Of a stretch of DNA of 64,000 nucleotides, positions 19,004 through 28,109 are shown one piece after another. Both the position numbers and the translations under genes were made by a program. The stretch covers positions 26,024 through 90,023 of the forward strand of contig JADYZW010000035.1 in NCBI GenBank assembly GCA_020852955.1. The letters are read 5' to 3'. How positions within the stretch are numbered: the stretch's first letter is position 1; the number at the start of each line of letters is the position of its first letter. Below the pieces are notes generated by a model. It made no database searches. It had not been told where the DNA came from and worked only from the letters and a program-made list of their open reading frames with translations. Origin of the DNA: Deltaproteobacteria bacterium (lineage in GTDB: Bacteria > Desulfobacterota > Binatia > UTPRO1).

Positions 19004-20830
19004 TCAGCCGCGGACGAGGCGCACGAGCCGGCGCTCACCGGCGGCGAGGTCGCGGAACACCAGGCGCAGGCCGCCGTCGGCGCCGCCCACCGCCACCACC
19101 GCCGGGGCCGCGCCTCGCACCGCTTCCACGGACCAGCCCGCGCTCGAATCCGCGAGGTAGACCACGACCCCGAGCTCGGGGGTCGCGGCGCCGCTCGCGA
19201 GCTCCACCGTCACCGCGCCGTCGCCCGCCCGGGCGACGCGCGTCGCCGCCCGCGACCGCGTCCGCCACCACGCCGCCACCTCGCCGACGGTCGCGAGCCA
19301 CACGCCGGGCAGGTTGCGGAGGCCCGTCAGGTGCCGGACCCCGGTGCGGATCGCCGGCGCGTTCCAGAACTGCGTATGGAAGTCGAAGAAGTAGAACCCT
19401 CCGACGCGTCGCACCTGCTCGAGGTCGCTCCGCATGGCGGCCCAGGACGCGCCGACATCCCTCCCGTCGCGTCGCACCACGTACTCGAAGTCGTCGTGCG
19501 GAACGCGCGGGAGCACCACGATCGCCTTGCCGCCGCTCTCGAGCACCCACGGCTCCGCACGGTCCTTGTCGCGCCAGCCGATGATCCAGTGGTAGCCGGT
19601 CGCAGCGAGCGCCGCGAGGGTATCGCCGTTCGTCCGCTCCTCCGGCGGCCGGAGACCGATCACGGTGCGGCCGGTGAGCGCCGCCAGGATCGCCCGGCTC
19701 TCGACGAGCTGGGCGCGCTGCTCGTCCTCGCTCTGCTCGTCGAGCGGCCGGTGGTCGTGGGTGTGCGACGCGATCTCGCTCGCCGCGGCGAGCGCGCGCA
19801 GCGTCTCGGGATGGTCGCCGGCGACCGTGGTGAGCACGAAGCTCGTGAAGGGCACGTTCGACGCGGCGAAGCGCGCGGCGATCGGCCCGCCGGCCGCGAA
19901 CTCGTGCTCGGCGTCGAGCCCGATGGCCGCGGCGGCGCGCGCCCCCCGCGGCCACGTCTCCAGGTCGCCGAGCGGACGCCCGCCGGCCCAGGCGAGCGCG
20001 TTCGCGACCAAGCGATCGACGCGCGCCGCCGCAGCGCCGCCGCCGACCACCGCTCCCGGCTCGAAGTTCAGCCACACCACTCGCCCGCGCCCGTGCACGG
20101 CGCGCGCCACGGCGGTCTGTGGCGCCGGCGCGGCCGGGTCGCGGGCGAGCATCGACCAGTCCACGAACTCGCCGACGGCCGCGTCGGTCGTGAGCGGCAG
20201 CGGCCGGTCGTAGGGCTGGATCTCGATCCGCGCGCCGGCCGGGATGCCGGCGGTGACGCTCGTCCGGCCGTGCAGAGCGACGTAGCGCGGCGCTTCGGCG
20301 GCGTCGGCCCCGGCGAGCGCGCGCACGCCGACGAGGGCGGCGAGCGGGGCATAGCCGCGCCACGCCCCGTCAGCGCCGTACAGGCCGTACGTCCAGGTCG
20401 CAACGAGGCCCGCGCCGCCCTCGACCGCCGCGGCGAGCCGCGCCACGGTGTCCTCGTGCAGCGCCGCGGCCGACGGCGCGACGACGACGGTCCCGGCCCC
20501 GAGCGCGCTCGCGAGCGCGGTTTCGTCGACCACGCTCGCCCGTCCGCCCGCGGCGTCGATCCGGCGGCGCCAGGCCTCGATGCGGCGATCGTACGCATCC
20601 GGATCGGCCCCCGGCACGTCCGCGAAGTGGCGCGCCGTCGCCTCGGCGCGCAGCAGCAGCACGGTCGGTCTCCCGCCGCCGTCCTCGGCGGTCGAGAGCG
20701 CGGGCGGCGGCAGCGCCGCGACGCCGTTCTCCTCCCCGCGTCCGCGCGTGATCAGGACGAACACCAGCACCGCCGAGGCCGCGACGGCGACCGTGAGCGC
20801 GACGGCGAAGAGCGCGCGCAAGCCCCGCAT
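19004..20830 (-). CDS. membrane-anchored polysaccharide deacetylase (CE4/NodB) with N-terminal GATase-like domain
   Basis: N-terminal TM; WPRG...AIGLDAE, FTSFV, EIASHTHDH, GLRPPEE, FDFHTQ. Confidence 0.8.
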   Translation of the reverse strand: MRGLRALFAVALTVAVAASAVLVFVLITRGRGEENGVAALPPPALSTAEDGGGRPTVLLLRAEATARHFADVPGADPDAYDRRIEAWRRRIDAAGGRASVVDETALASALGAGTVVVAPSAAALHEDTVARLAAAVEGGAGLVATWTYGLYGADGAWRGYAPLAALVGVRALAGADAAEAPRYVALHGRTSVTAGIPAGARIEIQPYDRPLPLTTDAAVGEFVDWSMLARDPAAPAPQTAVARAVHGRGRVVWLNFEPGAVVGGGAAAARVDRLVANALAWAGGRPLGDLETWPRGARAAAAIGLDAEHEFAAGGPIAARFAASNVPFTSFVLTTVAGDHPETLRALAAASEIASHTHDHRPLDEQSEDEQRAQLVESRAILAALTGRTVIGLRPPEERTNGDTLAALAATGYHWIIGWRDKDRAEPWVLESGGKAIVVLPRVPHDDFEYVVRRDGRDVGASWAAMRSDLEQVRRVGGFYFFDFHTQFWNAPAIRTGVRHLTGLRNLPGVWLATVGEVAAWWRTRSRAATRVARAGDGAVTVELASGAATPELGVVVYLADSSAGWSVEAVRGAAPAVVAVGGADGGLRLVFRDLAAGERRLVRLVRG

Positions 20831-20838
20831 CCGCCGCC

Positions 20839-21039
20839 TCAGCTCCGGGGAGCGAGCGATGCGCCCGGCGCGTCGGGGAGGCCGAGGCGCACGAAGAATA
20901 CCTTGCGCGCCGGGTCCTGCGCCGCGCGCGGCTGCCGCTTCTCCCGCACCCGGAACGCCAGATACGACAGCACGCCGAGCACGAGCGTCGACAGCGTCGC
21001 GATCAGCACGATGGTTGCGAGAATCGGTACGAGGTCCAT
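20839..21039 (-). CDS. 66-aa single-TM membrane protein in the EPS operon
   Basis: AGAAGGA SD; hydrophobic N-half then basic RVREKR; fills the gap between GT2 and deacetylase. Confidence 0.75.
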   Translation of the reverse strand: MDLVPILATIVLIATLSTLVLGVLSYLAFRVREKRQPRAAQDPARKVFFVRLGLPDAPGASLAPRS

Positions 21040-21072
21040 GCGTCCTTCTCTCCCGGCGAACGGTGCCCCCGG

Positions 21073-22401
21073 CTAGCCCGACAGGCGTCCGAGGCGCTCG
21101 AGCTTTCCCCATCCCATGCGCACGCCGGCGATCTCCTCGAAGGTGGCGAGCACTTTGCAGATGTCGATCAGGAGGATGTAGCTCATGCGGTAGACGATCG
21201 AGTACGGCACGAGCCGCAGATCCTCCTTCTCCGCGGCGGCGCTGAAGAGCGCGCCGATCGCGTCGAGCAGCGTCAGCTGCAACCACCAGAGCGCCAGCAG
21301 CCGCGTCGTCCCGTAGCGCACCGCGACCAGCAGGAAGAACGCGTTCGCGAAGACGTTCATCGCCGGCCACAGGACCGCCTCGAACATCATGTAGGCGATC
21401 GTCACGCGCGTCCCGAGGCGCGGCCCGGAGGCGACGAGGAGGCCGACGTGCCGGCGCAGCGCCTGCAGGATGCCGCGCGTCCAGCGGTAGCGCTGCTTGA
21501 GGAGCGCCGGCAGCCGCTCGGGCGCTTCGGTGTACGCGATCGCGCGCGGCTCGTACTTGATCTTCCAGCCTTCTCCCAGGAGCTGGAGCGTCAGGTCGCA
21601 GTCCTCCGCGAAGGTGGCGGTCGAGTATCCCCCGGCCGCCAGCACGGCGTCCCGGCGGAAGATCCCGAGCGGTCCGGGCACGATATTGACGGTGCGGAAG
21701 AACGCCTGCGCGCTCCGCATCAGGTTCAGGCCCTCGACGTACTCGAGCGCCTGCAGCCAGGTGAGCAGATTGCGGCGGTTCACCACTTTCACGTTGCCCG
21801 CGACCGCGACGACGTGGGGATCGGCGAAGTGCCGCATCCCGGCGCGCAGGCTCATCGGCGCCACGTGGGAGTCCCCGTCCACGCACATCACGAACGCGCC
21901 GCGCGCCTCGCGGAGGCCTCGGTTCAACGCCGCCGCCTTGCCGCCGTTCGACTGCGAGACGACCCGCACCTCGACGCCGCGCGTCCGTTGCGCCTCGTCG
22001 CAGGCGCGCCCGTAGGTGTCGTCGGTCGAGCCGTCGTCCACGACGACGATCTCGAGGTTCGGGTAGTCGAGCGCGGCGAGCGAACGGATCGAGCTCTCGA
22101 TGCAGACGGACTCGTTGAACGCCGGCACCAGCACCGAGACCAGCGGCGCCGCGGGATCGACCTCGGGATCGCCCAGACTCTCGAGGTGCCCGAGGAACGC
22201 GAACCACAGCATGACGAAGTAGCGAACGATCAGGAGCACGAGGAAGCAGAGCAGGGCCGACACCGAGAGGCTGACGATCGCGTTGTCGATCGCGTAGTCC
22301 TCGCGCAGCACGGAGACGTAGAGCGCGATCGCGCCGATCACCACGCCGACGCACGCCGTCACGAAGAGCAGCGGGAACATCCCGGGACGCTGCCGGCTCA
22401 T
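21073..22401 (-). CDS. processive GT2 glycosyltransferase, PgaC/IcaA-like polysaccharide synthase
   Basis: VPAFNE, VDDGSTD, NGGKAAALN, VDGDS, AEDCDLT, QRYRW; N- and C-terminal TMs; ATGA coupling to the upstream gene. Confidence 0.9.
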   Translation of the reverse strand: MSRQRPGMFPLLFVTACVGVVIGAIALYVSVLREDYAIDNAIVSLSVSALLCFLVLLIVRYFVMLWFAFLGHLESLGDPEVDPAAPLVSVLVPAFNESVCIESSIRSLAALDYPNLEIVVVDDGSTDDTYGRACDEAQRTRGVEVRVVSQSNGGKAAALNRGLREARGAFVMCVDGDSHVAPMSLRAGMRHFADPHVVAVAGNVKVVNRRNLLTWLQALEYVEGLNLMRSAQAFFRTVNIVPGPLGIFRRDAVLAAGGYSTATFAEDCDLTLQLLGEGWKIKYEPRAIAYTEAPERLPALLKQRYRWTRGILQALRRHVGLLVASGPRLGTRVTIAYMMFEAVLWPAMNVFANAFFLLVAVRYGTTRLLALWWLQLTLLDAIGALFSAAAEKEDLRLVPYSIVYRMSYILLIDICKVLATFEEIAGVRMGWGKLERLGRLSG

Positions 22402-24563
22402 GAGGCCCCGAAGCGGTACCGGACCGCGATCGTCCCGCTGTGGGCGACGTAGCCGCCGCCGTTCCCGCCGCCGACGCTGCCGACGCGGCCGGTCTCTCCG
22501 TACCGGTACCCGAGCTCGGCGGTGAGACCGGCGACCTCGGCGAGCGCGAGGCCGACGCCGACGCTGCGCTCGAGCGAGCCCTGCCCCTCCTCCTGCCCGT
22601 ACCCCACGCGCGCGTCGAGCTGGAGCGTCACGCTGGGCGCGATCTCCTGCCGGACGATCGCGCTCAGCCCCTGCGTCAGATAGCGCGCCGGGTCCCAGTA
22701 GAGATCGCTGCGCTCCGCGTAGTCGAGATAGCCGGCATCGGCCTTCACGGTGACGCCCGGCTTCCGCAGCACCCGGCGTGCGAGCGACGCCTGCAGCGCG
22801 ACGAGGCGATTGCCGTCGCTGTACCCGGAGACGCTGCCGGCGCCGGCGAGCTCGAGACGTCCCGGCAGCACGTGCCGCCCCTGCGCGCGGAGGCGATGGC
22901 CGCTCAGCACGCGCCGATCGGCCGACGCGACCGTGAGCACCTCGTCGATCAGGTCGTAGTGGTCGTAGGCGACGCCGACCTGGCTCTCCGGCCCCAGCAC
23001 GCGCGTCAGCTCGACGGTCGCGCCGTGGGTCGTCCGGTCCTCGTCGTAGACCGTCGGCGCCCAGACCGCGCCGAGCCGCCAGCGATCGTCGAGGTCGCGC
23101 AGCAGGCTGAAGCGCCCGCGGTCGGCGCGGAGCTTCACGCCGTGCTGCGCGTAGTCGGTATGGACGATCGCGGCCCCGACCTCGGTGGCGAGCCCGTGGC
23201 GCTGCCGTGCCTCGACCGTCACGCGCCGCTGCCGGAAGCCGTCGGAGTCCTGCACCGCGCCGAAGGTCGGCAGGCCCTCGGCGACGCCGCTCTCCGCGGC
23301 GAGGGCCTGCGCCGCCGCTCGCGCGTCCTCGTCGTCGCCGCCGAGCCGCACCGCCGCCCGATAGTGGCGACCCGCCGCCGCGCGCGCGCCGCCCCAGCGA
23401 TAGACGTCGCCGAGCATGCGCTCGGCGCGGCCCGGCGCGGCGCCGCGCGCCGCCGCGATCTCGCGGGCGCTCTCGGCGAGCTGCCCGTCCCAGGCGAGCA
23501 CGCTCGCGCGCTCGAGCCGGAGCTCGAGATCGGACGGCGCGGCGCCGACCAGCTCCTCGTAGACGCCGAGCGCGCGTCCGTAGCGTCCGGCCCAGGAGAG
23601 CGTGCGGGCGAGCTGTCGCCGCGTCGTCGCGTCGTCGGGGCGGCGGCGGAGCTGTGCGTCATAGAGCGTGATCGCCGCGTCGAAGTCGCCCTGCTCCGCG
23701 AGCGCCGCGGCGAGCGCCGTCCGCGCCTCGCCGTCCTCCGGGCGGGCCGCGAGCGCCGCACGCGCGGCGGCGACGCGCGCGGCGTTGCGTGCCGCGCGTT
23801 CCGCGCGCAGCGTCGCTGCGCGGCCCCGGAAGCGGCGGTCGCCCGGCCAGCGCCGGCGGGCATCCGCGAGCAGCGTGTCGGCGAGGGCGAACTGCTCGGC
23901 GGCCGCCGCCGCGTCGACGGCGACGGCCCAGCGCCCGGCGTCCTCGGGATGCGCCCGCCGCTCGGCGTCGGCCGCGAGCGCGCGGTGCGCGGGCGAAGCG
24001 AGGAGCGCGGCGAGCGCCTGCCGGGCGTCGGAACGCTGAGGATCGGCCGCGAGCGCGGCCCGCAGGGCGCGCTCCGCATCGCCGAGCCGCCCGCTCCATT
24101 GCAGGGCGAGTCCGAGCCCGAGGAACGCGCCGGCGTCGCCGGCGTCGGCGGCGACGAGCGCCTCGTACTCCGCGATCGCGGGCACGAGCGCGCCGCGCCA
24201 GGCCCGGACGTCGGCGCGCGCCTTGTGGAGGGCCCGGCGATCAGTGCCGGTGCCGCCGCCCGCGAGCAGCCGATCGTACTCGGCCTCCGCGCCGGCCAGA
24301 TCGCCGGCCTCACTCAACAAGCGGGCGAGCTCGACGCGGACGGCGCGGTCGCCGGCATGCGGCGCGAGCCACGCGCGATAGAGGGCGACCGCATCCGGCA
24401 GCCGCCGCGCCAGGTAGCAGGCGCTCGCGCGCGCCAGGGTGGTCGCGCGGTCGCGGAGCGGCGGCCGCGGATCGCAGGGCTCGCCCGCGAGCGCGGGGGA
24501 ACGCCAGGAGAGGAGCGCCAGGACGACCGCCGTCCCGACGCGCCGTCGGATCGAAGCGCGCAT
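22398..24563 (-). CDS. TPR-repeat plus C-terminal beta-barrel outer-membrane protein (PgaA/BcsC-like exporter)
   Basis: signal peptide; repeated LAR.LSW.G....A...Y TPRs; amphipathic strands ending VRYRF. Confidence 0.8.
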   Translation of the reverse strand: MRASIRRRVGTAVVLALLSWRSPALAGEPCDPRPPLRDRATTLARASACYLARRLPDAVALYRAWLAPHAGDRAVRVELARLLSEAGDLAGAEAEYDRLLAGGGTGTDRRALHKARADVRAWRGALVPAIAEYEALVAADAGDAGAFLGLGLALQWSGRLGDAERALRAALAADPQRSDARQALAALLASPAHRALAADAERRAHPEDAGRWAVAVDAAAAAEQFALADTLLADARRRWPGDRRFRGRAATLRAERAARNAARVAAARAALAARPEDGEARTALAAALAEQGDFDAAITLYDAQLRRRPDDATTRRQLARTLSWAGRYGRALGVYEELVGAAPSDLELRLERASVLAWDGQLAESAREIAAARGAAPGRAERMLGDVYRWGGARAAAGRHYRAAVRLGGDDEDARAAAQALAAESGVAEGLPTFGAVQDSDGFRQRRVTVEARQRHGLATEVGAAIVHTDYAQHGVKLRADRGRFSLLRDLDDRWRLGAVWAPTVYDEDRTTHGATVELTRVLGPESQVGVAYDHYDLIDEVLTVASADRRVLSGHRLRAQGRHVLPGRLELAGAGSVSGYSDGNRLVALQASLARRVLRKPGVTVKADAGYLDYAERSDLYWDPARYLTQGLSAIVRQEIAPSVTLQLDARVGYGQEEGQGSLERSVGVGLALAEVAGLTAELGYRYGETGRVGSVGGGNGGGYVAHSGTIAVRYRFGAS

Positions 24564-24572
24564 CTCCCGATC

Positions 24573-26243
24573 TCAGGCGACGACCTGCTTCGCCGCCCCC
24601 TCCTCCCGCCCGAGCGCGCGCGCCAGGTTCTCCAGCAGCTCGTCGATCGTGGCCCCGTCGGTCGAATAAGCGGCGGTCGCGGCGCGGAAGCCTACGAGCG
24701 TCCGTCCGACGCCCCGGCCGCGCCCCGCGAGCCAGTCCTGCAGGCGGGCCGCGAGCGCCGCGACGTCGTCCGCGCTCGCGCCGAGCGCCACGACCGCGAT
24801 CTCGGTCGCGTGCAGCCAGCAGAGGATCTCCTGTCCGGCGAGGACCTCCGGGAAGTCCTGCGGCGTGAGGGCGACCGGACCGGCCGCGATCACCTCGCCA
24901 TTCGCCTCGAACCCGAAGCGGGCGACGAGGAGCGCGCAGCGTTCGGTCGCCTTCAATGCGGCGGCGACGCAGTCCCGCAGGAACAGCGCGAACGGATCCC
25001 GCAGGCGGAGCGCTCCGCCGGCCGTGGCCACGAGCCCGGTGACCTCGTCCTCGGCGCTCGCCATCTCGACCGCGATGTGGCGGCGCAGCTCCTCGAGCTC
25101 ATCGTATACGTGCGGCGCCGCCTCGGGGTCGACGGTCACGAGCCCGGTGCCGAACGCGATGCGAAACGGTCGGCCTTCCGTCGGCGCCGTCACGCCGTGC
25201 ATGCGCTCGAGCTTGAGCGTGCCCGTCTGCCGGCCGTTCGTCTCCGAGCCGAGGATGAGCGTCCCGAACGACGCGCGCTTGAGGTAGGCGTTGGCGAGCT
25301 CCTCCTGCGGCGTCACGGGGTCGTCGGAGAGGACGAGCGTGGTCGCGCCGGTGCGCTCGAGCCCGTCGACGAGATCCGTCATGAGGGGCGCCGACAGCAC
25401 CAGCCGCGGCGCCGAGCAGAGGATGGTCAGGACCGAGTTGATGACGATGCGCGTCGCCCGGCACTCGGCAGCGTAGCTCGCGATCTCGGCGGCGAGCGCG
25501 ACGACGTCGTTGCGCGTCTCGAGCGCGTACTCGAAGCGCTCGGCGAGCCCCACGACCACGAGCTTCCCCGACCGTATGTGCGGCCGGAGATCGAGACCGA
25601 CGCTGCTGCCGACGTAGAGCACCGTGTCGACCCGCTCGGTCGTCACGAGCACCGCGCCGTCGCCGCGCTCGAGCGCGCGGTGCAGGAACTGGACGGCGAA
25701 GACCCCCTTCGCCCCGCCGCCCGCGCCCTGCCCGAGATAGACGCGGCCGCGGCAGAGACCGCCGACCTGCTCGTCGAGCGGCGCGATGCCGGTCGGCTCG
25801 AAGTCGAGCGGTCGCGGACCCTCGGCGGTCGGCGCCGCCCGCGGCGTGACGGCCCGGACGCGACGGAGCTCGGCATAGCGGCGCAGGGTGCCGCTCACGG
25901 TCGCGAGGAGCTGCTTCGCCGTGAACGGCTTCACGAGATAGTGCTCGACGCCGAGCCGATTGCCGCGCTCGAGGCTGGTCGCATCGCCGAGCGCCGACAG
26001 GAAGATGACCGGCACCGCGAGGAGCCGCGGATCCTCGCGCATGCGCTCCAGCAGGCGGTAGCCGTCGACCTCGGGCATCATGATGTCCGACACGACGAGG
26101 TCCGGGACGACGCTCTGCAGCTCCGCGAGCGCGCTGACGCCGGAATCGGCGGCGCTCACCTGGTAGCCCTCGCGCTCGAGAATGCGCGAGGCGAGGAGCC
26201 TCACCTCATCGGAATCGTCGACGACCAGGATGTGGGGACGCAT
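24573..26243 (-). CDS. response regulator: REC + degenerate KaiC/RAD55-like ATPase + degenerate GGDEF
   Basis: REC VVDD..DIMMP..FLSA..KPF; TGI..LD..GGL.RG; Walker A GAGGGAKG, Walker B IVINS; C-terminal GGDEF-like segment (LHATEI, YSTDG). Confidence 0.8.
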   Translation of the reverse strand: MRPHILVVDDSDEVRLLASRILEREGYQVSAADSGVSALAELQSVVPDLVVSDIMMPEVDGYRLLERMREDPRLLAVPVIFLSALGDATSLERGNRLGVEHYLVKPFTAKQLLATVSGTLRRYAELRRVRAVTPRAAPTAEGPRPLDFEPTGIAPLDEQVGGLCRGRVYLGQGAGGGAKGVFAVQFLHRALERGDGAVLVTTERVDTVLYVGSSVGLDLRPHIRSGKLVVVGLAERFEYALETRNDVVALAAEIASYAAECRATRIVINSVLTILCSAPRLVLSAPLMTDLVDGLERTGATTLVLSDDPVTPQEELANAYLKRASFGTLILGSETNGRQTGTLKLERMHGVTAPTEGRPFRIAFGTGLVTVDPEAAPHVYDELEELRRHIAVEMASAEDEVTGLVATAGGALRLRDPFALFLRDCVAAALKATERCALLVARFGFEANGEVIAAGPVALTPQDFPEVLAGQEILCWLHATEIAVVALGASADDVAALAARLQDWLAGRGRGVGRTLVGFRAATAAYSTDGATIDELLENLARALGREEGAAKQVVA

Positions 26244-26264
26244 GCACGCTCCTCTCCGCCGGCT

Positions 26265-26292
26265 GTATCGACACTCGCCGTCCCATCCTTGA
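26265..26292 (-). promoter_or_regulatory. possible sigma28 (FliA/WhiG)-like promoter of the EPS operon
   Basis: TCAA-N16-GTCGATAC versus consensus TAAA-N15-GCCGATAA. Confidence 0.3.
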
Positions 26293-26389
26293 GAAACCCG
26301 CGATCCGCCGTCGCGCACGCGCCACCCGGCATGCGACCTCGCACGCGATCGCTTGACAGGCGCCGGGCGGCAGGCGCGAATGCGCGCCC

Positions 26390-26947
26390 ATGGTCGTCGT
26401 CGTCTACGGGTACGAGGGATCCGGCGAGGGGCACTGGCAGCGCTGGGCGGCCGCGATGCTCGCGGCGCGCGGCGTCCGCGTCGCCTTTCCGGAGCTCTCG
26501 TCGCCCGCCGCGCCCCGCAAGGCCGTCTGGGTCGCGGAACTCGCCGCCGTGCTCGACGACGCGCGCCGGCGCCGCGACCCCGTGACGTTCCTCTGCCATT
26601 CGCTCGGGTGCTGGGCGGTCGACCACCTCCTGACCGAGCACGGCAGCGCGGGCGTCCACGCGGCCCTCCTCGTCGCCCCGCCCTCGCCGTTCCTCGTCTT
26701 CGAGCCCGTCGACAGCTTCCTGCCGCCGCCGCGCCGCGCCGACGTGTGGGCGCCGATCGCCGCGCGGACGCTGCTCGTCGGCAGCGACGACGACGACTAC
26801 GCCGGCCCGGACGAGTTCGCGGAGGTCGCTCGCGAGCTCGGCGTCGCGTCTCGCATCATCCCCGGCGCCGGCCACATCAACATCGCCGCCGGGTACGGTC
26901 CGTGGCCGTTCGTGCTCGAGTGGGCCGCCGAGGCCGGCGCGCGCTGA
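26390..26947 (+). CDS. alpha/beta hydrolase, RBBP9/YdeN family
   Basis: GY.GS...HWQRW, CHSLG nucleophile, SDDD.Y, GHIN..AGYGPW. Confidence 0.88.
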   Translation: MVVVVYGYEGSGEGHWQRWAAAMLAARGVRVAFPELSSPAAPRKAVWVAELAAVLDDARRRRDPVTFLCHSLGCWAVDHLLTEHGSAGVHAALLVAPPSPFLVFEPVDSFLPPPRRADVWAPIAARTLLVGSDDDDYAGPDEFAEVARELGVASRIIPGAGHINIAAGYGPWPFVLEWAAEAGAR

Positions 26948-26968
26948 TGCCGCCGAGGCGCCGCGGCC

Positions 26969-27997
26969 TCACCCCCTGCCGCGGGGGGTCGGGACCGGAT
27001 GCGAGGCGCGCGACGGCGGCTCGGAGCCGCATGCCGGCGTCCCGGGCTGCAACCCCGGGATCCGCTCCCGGTCGATCACCGCGAACAGCTCGTTCGGCCG
27101 CGCGAACGAGCGGAATAGCCCGTCCATGACGGCCGCCTGCGTGCGATGAGTCGCGAGCGCGGCGAGCTTCGTGCGCACCTGGGACGGGTCGAGGGGTAGC
27201 GAGAACCACCGCCCCGGCGCGAAGAGCGCCGCCGGCTCCGGCAACGGCCCCGGGGCCTCGGGCGGCGGAGGCCAGCCCCGCGCCGTGTGCACCAGGTACG
27301 TCAGCAGGCGATCGGGCATCCTGCCGGCGCCGCCCGGCTCGACGGCGAGCGACTTCAGCGCCGCGAGCACGAAGGTGAAGGTCGCGCAGTGGTCGGGGTG
27401 GTGGTCGAGCGGCGTCGGCAGCACGATCCAGTCCGGATCGGCGAGCGCCACCACGCGCGCGATCAGGTGGACCAGGTCGCGGCTCAGGTAGCGCGCCCCC
27501 GCCTCCCACGCGTGCGGATACGGCGGAGTGTCCTCGCGGGTGTAGGGCGACTCGTAGGGGGGGACGTGGGGCCCGCGCCGCCAGATCTCGGCGAGGCCGC
27601 CGTCGGGAAAGCCGAGGAACGTGACCGACAGGGGCAGCACGCGGTAGTGCTCGAGCGCGACGAGCGCCTCCGCGCGCCGCAGCTCGCCGACGCCGCGATA
27701 GTCGCTCGCCGACGGCTCGCGATGCCCCGTCGCCGCCTCGACGGCCTCCGGGTAGCCGTCGCCGTTCGTCACGAAGAGCACGTGGACGCGCCCGCCGGCG
27801 GCGACCACCTGCTGCATCAGCCCCCCGGCCCCGAGCGACTCGTCGTCGGGATGCGGCGCCACCACCAGCACGCGGACGCGCGGCGGGACGACGAGCGTCT
27901 CGGCCGCGCGCGCCGCGGGAACGGCGAACCGCGCGAGCACGGCCGCGAGCGCGGCGGCCGCCGCGCGGCGACGGAAGGCGGGAGGCAGTCCGAGCAC
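26969..27997 (-). CDS. PIG-L/LmbE family deacetylase, probably exported
   Basis: APHPDDE, VTNGDG, RRAE, FLGFPDG, DHHPDH; start uncertain (GTG 27997). Confidence 0.85.
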   Translation of the reverse strand: MLGLPPAFRRRAAAAALAAVLARFAVPAARAAETLVVPPRVRVLVVAPHPDDESLGAGGLMQQVVAAGGRVHVLFVTNGDGYPEAVEAATGHREPSASDYRGVGELRRAEALVALEHYRVLPLSVTFLGFPDGGLAEIWRRGPHVPPYESPYTREDTPPYPHAWEAGARYLSRDLVHLIARVVALADPDWIVLPTPLDHHPDHCATFTFVLAALKSLAVEPGGAGRMPDRLLTYLVHTARGWPPPPEAPGPLPEPAALFAPGRWFSLPLDPSQVRTKLAALATHRTQAAVMDGLFRSFARPNELFAVIDRERIPGLQPGTPACGSEPPSRASHPVPTPRGRG

Positions 27998-28109
27998 GAC
28001 CGACCCTCGTAGCACCGCGCCGCCGACCCGGCCACCATCGCGGCGCGCGGCGCGCCTTCCCGCCCCGGGCGTCGCCGTGCTAGGCCGCCGGGAAGAAAGG
28101 GGAGTCGCC

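Noticed and set aside
24573..26243. KaiC-like domain as a circadian clock component
   Set aside because: Single degenerate domain with no kaiA/kaiB; the context is polysaccharide export.
26390..27997. YdeN hydrolase and PIG-L deacetylase as part of the EPS system
   Set aside because: They are in separate transcription units (divergent/convergent), so adjacency is the only link; a synteny check could revive this.
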